A stretch of 63,665 bases of DNA, counting the filler, from Octopus bimaculoides (lineage: Eukaryota): NCBI RefSeq assembly GCF_001194135.2. It is 9 parts of 9 records of this genome, joined end to end, with 100 filler letters (N's around TTAATTAATTAA, not from the genome) between each part and the next. Parts side by side here need not be neighbours in the genome. Positions count along the whole stretch, not along the records: positions 40,166 to 52,940 come from NC_068982.1; positions 53,041 to 56,956 come from NW_026393284.1; positions 57,057 to 63,665 come from NW_026374241.1; 6 more parts are not named here. One strand, written 5' to 3'. Positions 49,555 through 63,019 of this stretch are shown here, piece after piece (position 1 is the first letter of the stretch; every line of letters starts with the position of its first letter). The translations under genes were made by a program, and so were the position numbers. The notes beneath the pieces were generated by a model. It was not told the origin of the DNA. It saw only the letters and a list, made by a program, of their open reading frames with translations, and made no database searches.

Positions 49555-49830
49555 TGTGTGTGTGTGTGAGAGAGAGAGAGCGTGCGTTCGGGTGCGTGTG
49601 TTTGAGTGTGTATATGTGTATACGTTCGTACGGCCAAACTTGCACGCGTCCGGATGAGGCCTTAATGTTCAAAGAATTTTAGTGTTCGGACAATGACTGC
49701 AAAATGCACTTTCCGGTGTTAATATCAGTTATCCATTTTCCAAAGAAATTTCGAAAGGTGGTACGCTGACTGCTTTAGCGTATGCATACATTTTTCTCTT
49801 TGTTCGCTCTCAATATAGCAGGCACTGAAA

Positions 49831-50007
49831 GACAGCAAGCTAGCAAAATCGTTATTGCCGGCCGAAAAAGCTTAGCGAGATTTCGTCCGTCTTGAGTCCG
49901 TTCTGCCGAGGTCGACTTAGCCATTCATCCTCTCGGGGTTGATAAACTAAATACCAGTTGAGGACTAGGGTCGATGCAATCGACTTACACCCTCCCCCAA
50001 CCTTGCT
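49831..50007 (+). mobile_element. SINE family B copy
   Basis: GCAAGCTAGCAAAATCGTTA...GCCGAGGTCGACTTAGCCATTCATCCTCTCGGGGTTGATAAACTAAATACCAG. Confidence 0.75.
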
Positions 50008-50334
50008 GGACAGCAAAATTCAAAGCAATTTTTACAAGTAGTAAAAATTGTTTTCAGAATTTGGCATTGTTTACACGAATTATAAATTTATGAGGGTTTT
50101 TATATATACTGGATTTGAAAGGGAATCAATTATTGAATTATAGAAACAATTAGTTGTTATGTAACTAAGTATTCATGAACTTACGTAGTAATAAATATAT
50201 ATGAGTATAAGTGCCCTTTAAAAACTTCTATGAAGGATGTGTAATGCATTCTCAATTCATTTTTAGCGTGCTCATGTCGTTTCCATAACTTTCGGTGCTG
50301 AGAAACGAACAGGCACTTTTCAGTCAATCAATCA

Positions 50335-50382
<48 letters not shown>

Positions 50383-50399
50383 GTCTGTCTGTCTTTCTG

Positions 50400-50468
<69 letters not shown>

Positions 50469-50567
50469 CTATATATATATATATATATTTATCTATCTAT
50501 TTACCTAGCTATGTGTGTGCCTTTGCGTGTGTGTATGTGTGCAAGTATTATACATACGTACATACAT

Positions 50568-51890
50568 CGTGGGCCACCATCTATATGTTAAACACAACGA
50601 GTGATTGTATTATCTCTGAATAAATACCGTATCGCAGAGGAATATGCTAAGGAGACAGCCTCTCTATAATATTGTTTATACTTTCTGTAACCCCCTTGCC
50701 ATTCATGTTAAGGAAGTTTGAAGGATATCTCACTGGTTCACAAGGAAACATAAATACCAAAATTACACAGTTTCTTTGTTGATGACTTGAAACTATATGC
50801 TAAGTATAAGTATGAGATTAAAAAGACCCTTGACCTAGTTACAATATTCACCAAGGATACAGGGCTAGAATTTGGTCAAGAGAAATTTTGCTGTATGGTT
50901 GCGAAAAGAGGGAAAACTGTAAACCAGTCTAGCAACATCTCCATCAATGACTTAACTGTTTCCACTATATCTGATGAGGGATGTTACAGGGGTGGATGGA
51001 AACATATCTTACAATGGCACCTGTAACAAAACGCGTGTCACTAAAGAATATTACAGCTGAACAAAGAAAATTTGGACCTCGGATCTCTCGGCATTCAATA
51101 AAACAGTGGCCCACAATGTCTTTGCAGTGCTATACTCATACCAACATTTGGGCTACTTCATTGGACGCTTGATAAGATCCGAACCCTTGATGTGAAAATG
51201 CGGAAGATACTAACAGTACCCATAATTTCCACATCAATAGTGCCGTAGACCGCCTCTACCTAAAAAGGAAACATGGCGGCAGAGGCTTAACATTGATCCA
51301 AACTGTCTTTGAATATCGTATAACATCTTCTCAGCAAAATCTTTTAACCATCAAGTGTCGAAGTGCATCCCTTGACCAAGTTTGCATACTTGGGACTGAT
51401 AACAAGACTTGGAAAGCAGCTCCTTGTACAGCATTCCTTGTTTGAAAACCTTAAGTACATGCCCGAAGAAGTCACGCGACTCTATCGCAACATATCATCA
51501 GATGAAAGGATGAGAGTATATGAGCAGAAGACGATACATAGATATGTTAGTAGAAATCTCCGAGATGATAGTAACATTGATTATCAAAGCAGTCTATCGT
51601 GTAATCCAATAACTGGATTACTACCTCCTACTTCGAAAGGTATGCGTTTACAACCCAGGAACAGGAAATATCAACCAAATACTTGATGCACAAAAGGGAC
51701 AGAGATGCAGAAAAAGCAGTAACATGTGAAAATCGACGCAGACTTTATTAAGTCAACCCTGAAGATATGGCCCACATCAAAAGCAGTCGCCCAAAGTGTC
51801 ATCACAGTTTATATTTACCGATGAGACGTGATATTGTAGCTAGGACACTGTATATGAAATCCATCGGAAGGATAATCCCTAGGACAAATG
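50568..51890 (+). mobile_element. R4/Dong-clade non-LTR retrotransposon fragment (RT C-terminus, thumb, CCHC remnant), decayed
   Basis: ITQFLFVDDLKLYAK...TGLEFGQEK; NVFAVLILIPTFG...W...LDVKMRKIL; VDRLYLKRKHGGRGL; CCHC-like RRLY*VNPEDMAHIKSSRPK. The pattern fits R4/Dong RTs. Confidence 0.75.
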
Positions 51891-51894
51891 AGTG

Positions 51895-52035
51895 AATGAA
51901 CAATGCTGAGTGAACGGGAGCAACGTGAAATAAAGTGTTTTTCTCAAGAACACAAGACAGAGCACGGTCTAGGAATCAAACTCATTATCTCTTGATTGTG
52001 AGCCCAACACTCTAACCACTGAGCCATGCGCCTAC
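51895..52035 (-). mobile_element. tRNA-derived SINE head (CORE-like variant)
   Basis: Minus strand GGCGCATGGCTCAGTGGTTAGAGTG (A-box), GAGTTTGATTCC (B-box), TTGTGTTCTTGAGAAAAACACTTTA. Confidence 0.65.
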
Positions 52036-52089
52036 ATACATATCTGCCTGAGAATGAGAGAAGTATTATTCGATATATGAAGTGACAAA

Positions 52090-52200
52090 AGCGGCAAGCT
52101 GACAGAATCGTTAGCACACCGGACAAAATGCTTAGTGGCATTTCTTCCGACTAGCCCCTTCCTACTTAATTCGAGAACTTGTGCCTATAGAATATAGAAA
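52090..52200 (+). mobile_element. Internally deleted SINE family B
   Basis: GCGGCAAGCTGACAGAATCGTTAGCACACCGGACAAAATGCTTAG joined directly to the tail GTGCCTATAGAATA. Confidence 0.65.
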
Positions 52201-53040
52201 GATTGAATTAAATTGGGGATTAGCGGTTGTTTATTGCTTTTGAAGTAGTGACTGTCTCCGATGTTACTCCTAGTCGCTTGTTTTGTTTTGATTTTCCTTT
52301 TGCTATTGTTAATATGACGCCAGTAAGCAAATATTAAAAACTTGCTGAAACAATTAAACCGTATGAATCACTGGCTATGATGTGCATATGAGTGTTTCCG
52401 CGTGAGCGTGCACGCACGTGTATTTAGATTAGTCCCCAAAATTTTCAATAAAGACGTATGTTTTTCCTATTTTGTATACATTTTATATGACGGGAGCAGT
52501 GTCAACAATATGCTCCCTTGCTAGTATTGTGCATGCCCTAGATGATAGTGTCAAATACACTAATTGATTCTGCTTACTCATATCACCCAAGATCAAATAA
52601 CTCGCAAAGCGGACTCTTCAGAAATTCCTGATCGTCCTTGTAACTTTACCATATATGGTAAACTGAGTCGAGTTTATGACAGAATTCACTTAACCAATGT
52701 TCTCCAATCGTGAGATCAAACACATAAATCTCTCCACTGCAACCTGAATTTCCAATCTCACGACTACGCCTGCAACCATTGTACGAACATTCAACAAAAA
52801 AAAAACGAAGATAATAATAAATATTAGAAGACATGAGGTAAACAAATAATATACATACGTACGTATATAATATATATATAATATATATATAACATATAAA
52901 CATATATATAAGTATGTATATATCCATACGCACATATATANNNNNNNNNNNNNNNNNNNNNNNNNNNNNNNNNNNNNNNNNNNNTTAATTAATTAANNNN
53001 NNNNNNNNNNNNNNNNNNNNNNNNNNNNNNNNNNNNNNNN

Positions 53041-53080
<40 letters not shown>

Positions 53081-53142
53081 ATATATATATGTGCATATAT
53101 ATATATATCTATATATATATATATGCATATATATATATGTAC

Positions 53143-53175
<33 letters not shown>

Positions 53176-53224
53176 CATATACGTATGTATGTATGTATGT
53201 ATGTATGTATGTATGTATGCGTGT

Positions 53225-53362
53225 ATACGACGAGCTTCTTTCAGTTTCCGTCTACCAAATCCACTGACAAGTCTTTGGTCGGCCCGAGGCAATAGTAGAA
53301 GACACTTTCCCAAGGTGCCACGCAGCGGGACTGAACCTAGAACCATGTGGTGGAGAAGCAAG
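53225..53362 (-). mobile_element. SINE family A 5' half
   Basis: CGACGAGCTTCTTTCAGTTTCCGTCTACC...GGACTGAACCTAGAACCATGTGG. Confidence 0.8.
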
Positions 53363-53548
53363 CTTCTTTTTATTTCATTGAATTAGCCACCAGGGCTGTA
53401 CACAGAATGGCAAGAAGCCAGGGCTGGACAAATACATTAATGAGAGATGGGGAAAAAGACATGGATGAGAAAAATATGAGAGGGCCACCAGCGCCCAACG
53501 ACTGGCAACCCATCGAAAACCTTCTTACCACACAGCAACTTCTGCGCC

Positions 53549-53580
<32 letters not shown>

Positions 53581-53738
53581 CTGTGTAGTATACATGTTAA
53601 AATTACATGCATATATATTTTCATATGTGCTTCGTCTTTACAAGAGTGTGAAATTAATTCGTTTATCGGAGTATATACATTTATGCGGGCGTAAATATAT
53701 ATATATATGTTTGTATGTATGTATGTATGTATGTATGT

Positions 53739-53771
<33 letters not shown>

Positions 53772-54331
53772 CACATACAAACATGCATAGATCCAGGCAT
53801 GCATACATACATATACACATACATACATACACACATACATACATACACACATACACACACACATACATACACACATACATACATACATGCAGCAATGGTG
53901 ATGCAAAGAGAGTTTCGTGCGTTCGAATTTATCAAATTCCCCATGGGGAGTTTGGTAAATACCGACGCACGAAGCTCTCTGCATTTCAGTCACTATGTTA
54001 CTTTACCTATATGCATATATATATATATATGTCTGTGTGCGTGTGTGTCTGTGTGTTTTTACCTCTAAAATTTACAATACCTATTTCATGTTGAGAACAA
54101 TTTAGGTCTTTTTAGACACAAGATGTGATCTATTTCTAGCACATTGAATGTCCACGTTAGTGATCAACGTCATATATAAATATATATATATANNNNNNNN
54201 NNNNNNNNNNNNNNNNNNNNNNNNNNNNNNNNNNNNNNNNNNNNNNNNNNNNNNNNNNNNNNNNNNNNNNNNNNNNNNNNNNNNNNNNNNNNNNNNNNNN
54301 NNNNNNNNNNNNNNNNNNNNNNNNNNNNNNN

Positions 54332-54491
54332 GAGTGGCTGCATAAGAAGCTTGCTACCCAACCAAGCGGTTCTGGGTTCAGTCCCGCTGCATGGCACCTT
54401 GGGCAAGTGTCTTCTACTATAGCCTCGGGCTGACCAAAGCCTTGTGAGTGGATTTGGTAGATGGAAACTGAAAGAAGCCTGTCGTATATGT

Positions 54492-54532
<41 letters not shown>

Positions 54533-54870
54533 TTTGTAGCCCCCCAACATCGCTTGACAACCGATGCTGGTGTGTTTACGTCCCTGTGACAAGCAGTTCG
54601 ACAAAAAAAGACCGATACAATGAGTACTAGGCTAACAAAGAATAAGTCCTGGGGTCGATTTGCTCGACTATAAAGGCGGTGCTCCAGCATGGCCGCAGTC
54701 AAATGACTGAAACGAATAAAAGAATATGTGTGTCTGTGTTTGTTCCCCACCCCACCATCGTTTGACAACCGATGTTGGTGTGTTTATGTTCCTGTTTATG
54801 TAGCAGTTCGGCAAAAGTGACCGATAGCATAAGTACTAGGCTTACAACGAATAAGTCCTGAGTTCGTTTT
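54332..54870 (+). mobile_element. SINE family A full copy followed by a tandem partial 3' half
   Basis: 54332-54725 head-to-tail copy with (TG)n; 54725-54870 repeats GTGTTTGTTCCCC...ATAAGTACTAGGCTTAC. Confidence 0.85.
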
Positions 54871-54971
54871 GTACCAGAACGAAAGAACGTATATTGTGGG
54901 TCTCTCCCTCCTATTCCAACAATACCAACGAATATATCCTTAAATCGGAGAGAAAAACTTCCTGTAAACAA

Positions 54972-55026
<55 letters not shown>

Positions 55027-55249
55027 TATATGCGGCACAGTACACCAAAACAGACACCCACACACAAACACACACACAAACACACACACATACACACATG
55101 TATTACACAAATATACACAGACAAAATACAAACAACTTGCTCCACAATATAAAATATACACAAACACAAACACACATACATACACACATATACACACATA
55201 TATAGATAAATTATACGTTCACACAAATACTTTTATCCTATCCTCTGTC

Positions 55250-55895
55250 TAACTTTTTTCAGTCACTTGACGGCGGCCAAGCTGGGGCACTTGTTTGAAA
55301 ACTATTTAGTCGAATAAAACGACCCCGGTACGTTCTTTACTTTTTTTTTTTTTTTTTCAACCTTATTCTATCGGTGCCTTTTGCCCAGCCGCTAGGTTAC
55401 GGAGACGTTAACACACCAAACACCGATTGCCAGGCAATAGTTGGAGACAAACGCGAGCACAAAGACACACATAGATACATGCATATATANNNNNNNNNNN
55501 NNNNNNNNNNNNNNNNNNNNNNNNNNNNNNNNNNNNNNNNNNNNNNNNNNNNNNNNNNNNNNNNNNNNNNNNNNNNNNNNNNNNNNNNNNNNNNNNNNNN
55601 NNNNNNNNNNNNNNNNNNNNNNNNNNNNNNNNNNNNNNNNNNNNNNNNNNNNNNNNNNNNNNNNNNNNNNNNNNNNNNNNNNNNNNNNNNNNNNNNNNNN
55701 NNNNNNNNNNNNNNNNNNNNNNNNNNNNNNNNNNNNNNNNNNNNNNNNNNNNNNNNNNNNNNNNNAATAATAAATGAGTATATGCATATATACGTACAGG
55801 TATGTGCATACCTACGTCTACCTGTATATATAGGTGCATATCTGGGTACAGGACATTGCAAAAAAATAATAATAACCAGAGTACAGAACACACTC

Positions 55896-55926
<31 letters not shown>

Positions 55927-56140
55927 TTACATATATTATGTGTACGTGTGTGTGTGTGTATCTATGTATATAGGTATATTCGACGGGCTTCTTTCTGTTT
56001 CCCACTGCGAAGCCCACTCGCAAAGGGTTTGGACGGCCCGAGGCTATAGTAGAATACACTTGCCCAAGGTGCCATGCAGTGGGACTGAACGCGGAACCAT
56101 GTAGTTAGGAAGCAAACTTCTCACCTCATAATCACGCTTG
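55250..56140 (-). mobile_element. SINE family A split by a gap and a Penelope-type end fragment
   Basis: Tail 55250-55490, head 55975-56140; between them GATGCATATCTGGGTACAGGAC-type sequence at about 55830-55860. Confidence 0.65.
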
Positions 56141-57056
56141 CATACGTATATATACTCATGTAAAATAAATTATATACATTTAAATGTATGTATACATCAA
56201 TATATAGATAGGTATAACAAAACAAAATGTATACACACCAAAACGTAAATATTTATATACACAGTTTTATATACAAATACGTAATCTCATAGATACATAC
56301 GTAGATTATAAGAACACACAATATATATATATATATACACACATATATACACATATATGAATATACATACTTTGATATAAACATAAGTACAAATAATATA
56401 TACAAATAGCCATAAACACATACATATTTTGAATTATACACAGACATAAACATATACATAAATACATACGTATACACATGGAGAAGACACACACCCATAC
56501 ACACAGAAACATACACACACACAGACAAATATATATGTAAATATATATACACACATATAGATATGTAATGAGGCCATATATAAACACAGATATAAACATA
56601 TATAGAGATATATAGTTGCATATAACTATTAAAAAATACATATATATATATATATATATATACACATAAATAGACATATAAGCAGATATATACTCACACA
56701 TATTTATATATGTGTGTATATATATATGATGACGTCACAGAGGTACACACATACAAACATCTATATATGATCGATAGAGAGATAGATAGATATAAAGACA
56801 CATATAACTTCATAAAAACTTATATACACACACGTAGTCAGACACAAAGAAACACACATACATATATATGTATATATTATGTATATATGTATGTGTCTTT
56901 GAATGTCTGTGTATACGAGTGTGTGTATAAATAAATATGGTTGTATGTAGATATATNNNNNNNNNNNNNNNNNNNNNNNNNNNNNNNNNNNNNNNNNNNN
57001 TTAATTAATTAANNNNNNNNNNNNNNNNNNNNNNNNNNNNNNNNNNNNNNNNNNNN

Positions 57057-57288
57057 GGGGGGGGGGACAAACACAGACATACAAATACATATACACATAC
57101 ATATATATATATACATATATATACGACAGGCTTCTTTCAGTTTCCGTCTACGAAATCCACTCACAAGGCTTTGGTCGGCTCGAGGCTATAGTAGAAGACA
57201 CTTGCCCAAGATGCCACGCAGTGGGAATGAACCCGGGACCATGTGGTTGATAAGCAAGCTACTTACCACACAACCACCCCTACGCCTA
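57057..57288 (-). mobile_element. SINE family A 5' half
   Basis: GGGACAAACACAGAC...(TA)n...CGACAGGCTTCTTTCAG...CTTACCACACAACCACCCCTACGCC. Confidence 0.85.
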
Positions 57289-57524
57289 CTTATATATAGC
57301 TTTTGGACAAAAGCTATATAATGGCTGCCATTTAAGAGATGTCATTGTTTATATGTGATGTAGTGATGTTGCAAAATTTGATCGGTGCATATTAATTTCC
57401 ATTATGTCCTTTATATAGTACCAAACTTCCATGCATTTATTTCTAAAGTTCAGGACGTTATTAAAAATTGAAACCCATCAGTTACTTTTGGGACACCCTA
57501 TGTGAGTATATATACTCTTTAACT

Positions 57525-57915
57525 ATTTACTCTTTTACTTGTTTCAGTCATTTGACCGTGGCCATGCTGGAGCACCGCCTTTTAGTCGAACAAATCGCTC
57601 CCAGGACGTATTCTATGTAAGCTTAGTACTTATTATATCAGATTATTTTGCCGAACCGCTAGGTTACGGGGACGTAAACACATCAGCATCGGTTGTCAAA
57701 CGATGCTGGGGGCACATACACAGACACAAACACACACAAACATACACACAAATATATATACGACGGGCTTCTTTCAGTTTCCGTCTACCAAATCCACTCA
57801 CAAGGCTTTAGTCGGCCCGAGGTTATAGTAGAAGACACTTGCCCAAGATGCCACGCAGTGGGACTGATCCCGAAACCATGTGGTTGGTAAGCAAACTTCT
57901 TACTACACAGCCATA
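57525..57915 (-). mobile_element. SINE family A, full length
   Basis: (TTTTACTC) tail to CTTACTACACAGCC head. Confidence 0.85.
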
Positions 57916-58042
57916 CCCATGTGGTAAGAAATTATATACAATATCCACTATATCTACTATAGCCTCGGGCCGACCAAAGCCTTGTGAGGGGATATACAAT
58001 ATTAATGTTTATATTGATATAATCATATATATGCTTACACAC

Positions 58043-58082
<40 letters not shown>

Positions 58083-58569
58083 ACACCCACACACACACAC
58101 ATACATATACACACGCACGCACACGCACGAAATATATTTATGAGTGTGAGAGCATTTTTTCGTGTCTACACACACAATTATGAACAAATGCTCGATATTG
58201 TAATCCGAGAAATGGAACCGGTTCCGAAATTCCATTTGTTGTTCTTCTTGTTGCTATGCTTCTTTCAAATGCCTTATACATATTCATGCTCATACGCGTG
58301 CACAGCGTGGGAGAATGACAAGGTAGACATGTACAAAGCCACCTCTATTCACACACCATATAACATACATACACACATGCACGCACATATACACACACAC
58401 ACATACACATGCACACGTACACACACACATATATATTGTATGGATGCATTATTATGATAATTATGCATTTGTATATTTGTATATGTTTATGTATGTCTCT
58501 TTGTGCCAGTTATATAACATGTTTCTATATCAATACACGAGAAAAAATAACTGTTCCGTGGCTTTATAT

Positions 58570-58960
<391 letters not shown>

Positions 58961-59550
58961 TAGATATCTGAACGGCAGAAAGATCATTTTTCAGAAGATT
59001 GTGAAAATATGTGAAGTACACATTTTCGAATCTCAACACTTAAGACTTGTCATAGCGTTCTAATATCATTTCTTATACATATAATACCGATTTATTACAA
59101 ATATTTTTACCCATAAGTGTCATATTCACACATAACCCTGTCAAAGTTTTAAATTTTGTGAACCTCGTGTATTTATTGCGTGAGGAATGGTTATTGCCAA
59201 AATGGAGACAGGAAATATAATCCTTCGCTAAGATTCCAAACGGAATTTTCTATTGCCGATGTCAGATCCCGTGTAGTTATCTAGCTTGAGAGGCGTTGTA
59301 GAGTTTCAAAACCTCATTAGCCAAGACTGATTGTATGTAATATTTCATAGCCGTTCACGTGTTTTGAAATATTCTCACAGTGGCAGATTTCCATGCAATA
59401 TTCGGGTAATCTTTCCTAACACTTTGCCTACCATGAAAGTCACTTGTGACTCTCTGACTCCCTACGCTATATTCGTAATATACCACGGGAGTCAGCGTTG
59501 ACTCCCCAAGGTATTGCTTTTTCTCGGAGCCTCCAAAGTGAACACGCTGT

Positions 59551-59589
<39 letters not shown>

Positions 59590-60535
59590 AAGGAGTTACG
59601 ACGCAAAAACGTATATATTCAAATGAACATATTTATCTTCTTCAATATATATTTCAGTATAAAGAATTCATTAAGAGACTTNNNNNNNNNNNNNNNNNNN
59701 NNNNNNNNNNNNNNNNNNNNNNNNNNNNNNNNNNNNNNNNNNNNNNNNNNNNNNNNNNNNNNNNNNNNNNNNNNNNNNNNNNNNNNNNNNNNNNNNNNNN
59801 NNNNNNNNNNNNNNNNNNNNNNNNNNNNNNNNNNNNNNNNNNNNNNNNNNNNNNNNNNNNNNNNNNNNNNNNNNNNNNNNNNNNNNNNNNNNNNNNNNNN
59901 NNNNNNNNNNNNNNNNNNNNNNNNNNNNNNNNNNNNNNNNNNNNNNNNNNNNNNNNNNNNNNNNNNNNNNNNNNNNNNNNNNNNNNNNNNNNNNNNNNNN
60001 NNNNNNNNNNNNNNNNNNNNNNNNNNNNNNNNNNNNNNNNNNNNNNNNNNNNNNNNNNNNNNNNNNNNNNNNNNNNNNNNNNNNNNNNNNNNNNNNNNNN
60101 NNNNNNNNNNNNNNNNNNNNNNNNNNNNNNNNNNNNNNNNNNNNNNNNNNNNNNNNNNNNNNNNNNNNNNNNNNNNNNNNNNNNNNNNNNNNNNNNNNNN
60201 NNNNNNNNNNNNNNNNNNNNNNNNNNNNNNNNNNNNNNNNNNNNNNNNNNNNNNNNNNNNNNNNNNNNNNNNNNNNNNNNNNNNNNNNNNNNNNNNNNNN
60301 NNNNNNNNNNNNNNNNNNNNNNNNNNNNNNNNNNNNNNNNNNNNNNNNNNNNNNNNNNNNNNNNNNNNNNNNNNNNNNNNNNNNNNNNNNNNNNNNNNNN
60401 NNNNNNNNNNNNNNNNNNNNNNNNNNNNNNNNNNNNNNNNNNNNNNNNNNNNNNNNNNNNNNNNNNNNNNNNNNNNNNNNNNNNNNNNNNNNNNNNNNNN
60501 NNNNNNNNNNNNNNNNNNNNNNNNNNNNNNNNNNN

Positions 60536-60573
<38 letters not shown>

Positions 60574-61233
60574 CGAGAGAGTTAGGGGTTGAGGGTTCAA
60601 CCCACTAAGGGATAGTATCTATTCAGTATACTGCTGGGAGGGTACCCAATTATTGCTACACTAGTGTTATACCAAGTGCGATCAATGGGAGCGGGTAAAA
60701 GTGGAGGTTTTACCCCAAATTTGTATATCAATTAGAAAATGGAGGATAATATGCTGAACCCAACTACTTGCAGACAGTGTATCCCGTTGAATTCTGATCG
60801 AATCTTCCATGTGTTGACATGTACCTCGTTGCGACAATGTAACCTTTCATTCAATCGAGATACCCCTAGTCTGACGAGTAGCCTGCGGTATACACCTCGC
60901 TTGGACGTTTACAACTTCCGAGGTTCTGCTATCTATGAAATATGTGTAGCCCAGATCTGATCAAATCCTTTCCTTAATTTTTTTCATTCTTATTCGTATA
61001 CCTGACAAGCCTGGTTTCCTACCGTGAAATATCAAAGGAATTTTTTCAGTTTATCGTACTTCCATACAAAACAAATCCGCAACCTTCCGCTTCAATAAAC
61101 CACTATTGTTCCTGAAAGTTGTTTACTATATGTACTGCAGATTGCCTGAAGCTAACTTTCTTCCTACACCTCGAACCTCCTTGCGTCTTATATATAAGTT
61201 AACGGCCATTTTCATAGCATTTTTCAATGACCA

Positions 61234-61294
61234 GATAACTGAAGAGATGGGGGCGTAGGTTTCCACCCCGATATACGAAACTCGGAGTTTTATC
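61234..61294 (+). ncRNA. Type I hammerhead ribozyme, intact catalytic core
   Basis: GATAA-CTGAAGA-G(ATGGGGG...CCCCGATATA)C-GAAA-CT-CGG-AG-T-T-TTATC: stem I GATAA/TTATC (extended by CCA/TGG after a bulged A), G10.1-C11.1, stem III ACT/AGT, GUU triplet; predicted cut after 61289. Confidence 0.8.
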
Positions 61295-61341
61295 ATGGCT
61301 ACCGAATAATTGTCACATATTATTTACAGATATATATATGT

Positions 61342-61379
<38 letters not shown>

Positions 61380-61389
61380 TTATTATTTT

Positions 61390-61586
61390 ATTCTTTTACT
61401 TGTTTCAGTCATTTGACTGCGGCCATGCTGGAGCATCACCTTGCTGGAGCACCACCAGGACTTACTCTTTGTAAGCCTGGTACTTATTCGATCGGTTTCT
61501 TTTGCTGAACCGGTAAATCACGGGGAAATAAACACACTAACATCGGTTGTCAAGAGATGGTTGGTGGAACAAACACAGACACACAA

Positions 61587-61625
<39 letters not shown>

Positions 61626-61795
61626 CATGTATAATAGGCTTCTTTCAGTTTCCGTCCACCAAATCCACTGACAAAGCGTTTTGTCGGCCCGAGGCTAGAT
61701 TAGAAGACACTTGTCCAAGGTGTCATGCAGTGGGTTTGAACCCGGAAACATGTGGTTGGGAAGCAAGCTTCTAGACAGAACCACGCCTGCGCGTA
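61390..61795 (-). mobile_element. SINE family A, full length with small internal duplication and deletion
   Basis: Tail TTTTACTTGTTTCAGTC, duplicated GCTGGAGCA(T/C)CACC, (TA)n core, head near 61790. Confidence 0.8.
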
Positions 61796-62169
61796 CATAT
61801 ATATATATATATANNNNNNNNNNNNNNNNNNNNNNNNNNNNNNNNNNNNNNNNNNNNNNNNNNNNNNNNNNNNNNNNNNNNNNNNNNNNNNNNNNNNNNN
61901 NNNNNNNNNNNNNNNNNNNNNNNNNNNNNNNNNNNNNNNNNNNNNNNNNNNNNNNNNNNNNNNNNNNNNNNNNNNNNNNNNNNNNNNNNNNNNNNNNNNN
62001 NNNNNNNNNNNNNNNNNNNNNNNNNNNNNNNNNNNNNNNNNNNNNNNNNNNNNNNNNNNNNNNNNNNNNNNNNNNNNNNNNNNNNNNNNNNNNNNNNNNN
62101 NNNNNNNNNNNNNNNNNNNNNNNNNNNNNNNNNNNNNNNNNNNNNNNNNNNNNNNNNNNNNNNNNNNNN

Positions 62170-62217
<48 letters not shown>

Positions 62218-62492
62218 CACTGTCACGATTACATATTTATGAATATGTAAATATGAATAGGGAGTGTGCGCGCGCGTGTTTATATATATATATATAGATA
62301 GATAGATAGATAGATATAAATATATAAATATATATACATAAATATATACAAATATATGAACATTTATAAATGCATATGTATATATATGTCTGTACATATT
62401 ACATATATGTGTATATATGTATGTATATATACACATACACACACACATACATACTCATTTACATGCACACAAAAATTCACAATAATATATTC

Positions 62493-62523
<31 letters not shown>

Positions 62524-62537
62524 CGCGTCTGTGTAGG

Positions 62538-62576
<39 letters not shown>

Positions 62577-63019
62577 TGTATACATATATATATATATATC
62601 TTCCATACTTATATCTTACATGTATATATGCGTGTATAAATAGATATACATGCATACATACACACTCGCATATATACTCACATGCATACATATGATTCTC
62701 CTGTGTGTATGCCTGTAGGTGTGTATGGGAGTAGAATAGTTTTAGTGTATGTATAACGATGTATGTACAGACATGTAATGCAAATAAACGGATGCTGGTG
62801 CACTGGTGCTGACACGTACTTTAGCGTCCTAACCATATTAGATTCCCTCACTTGACTACTGCGAATGTATTTTTTTATTAGTTTCTGAATAAAATATTAT
62901 TCTTAACTGACGTTATGTTCATATAAGTATATATATATATATAGTACAAACATACTTTCAAAATGGACGCGTGCGTTCGATGATGTAATAATACAAAGAA
63001 TATATATACATATATACAC

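Noticed and set aside
59487-59506. 8-bp hairpin GGGAGTCA-GCGT-TGACTCCC
   Set aside because: Expected by chance in 60 kb; no supporting context.
60575-60600. GTTAGGGGTTGAGGG as a telomeric repeat
   Set aside because: Only two degenerate units.
60867-60955. CTGACGAG...GAAAT as a hammerhead
   Set aside because: No convincing stem I or III.
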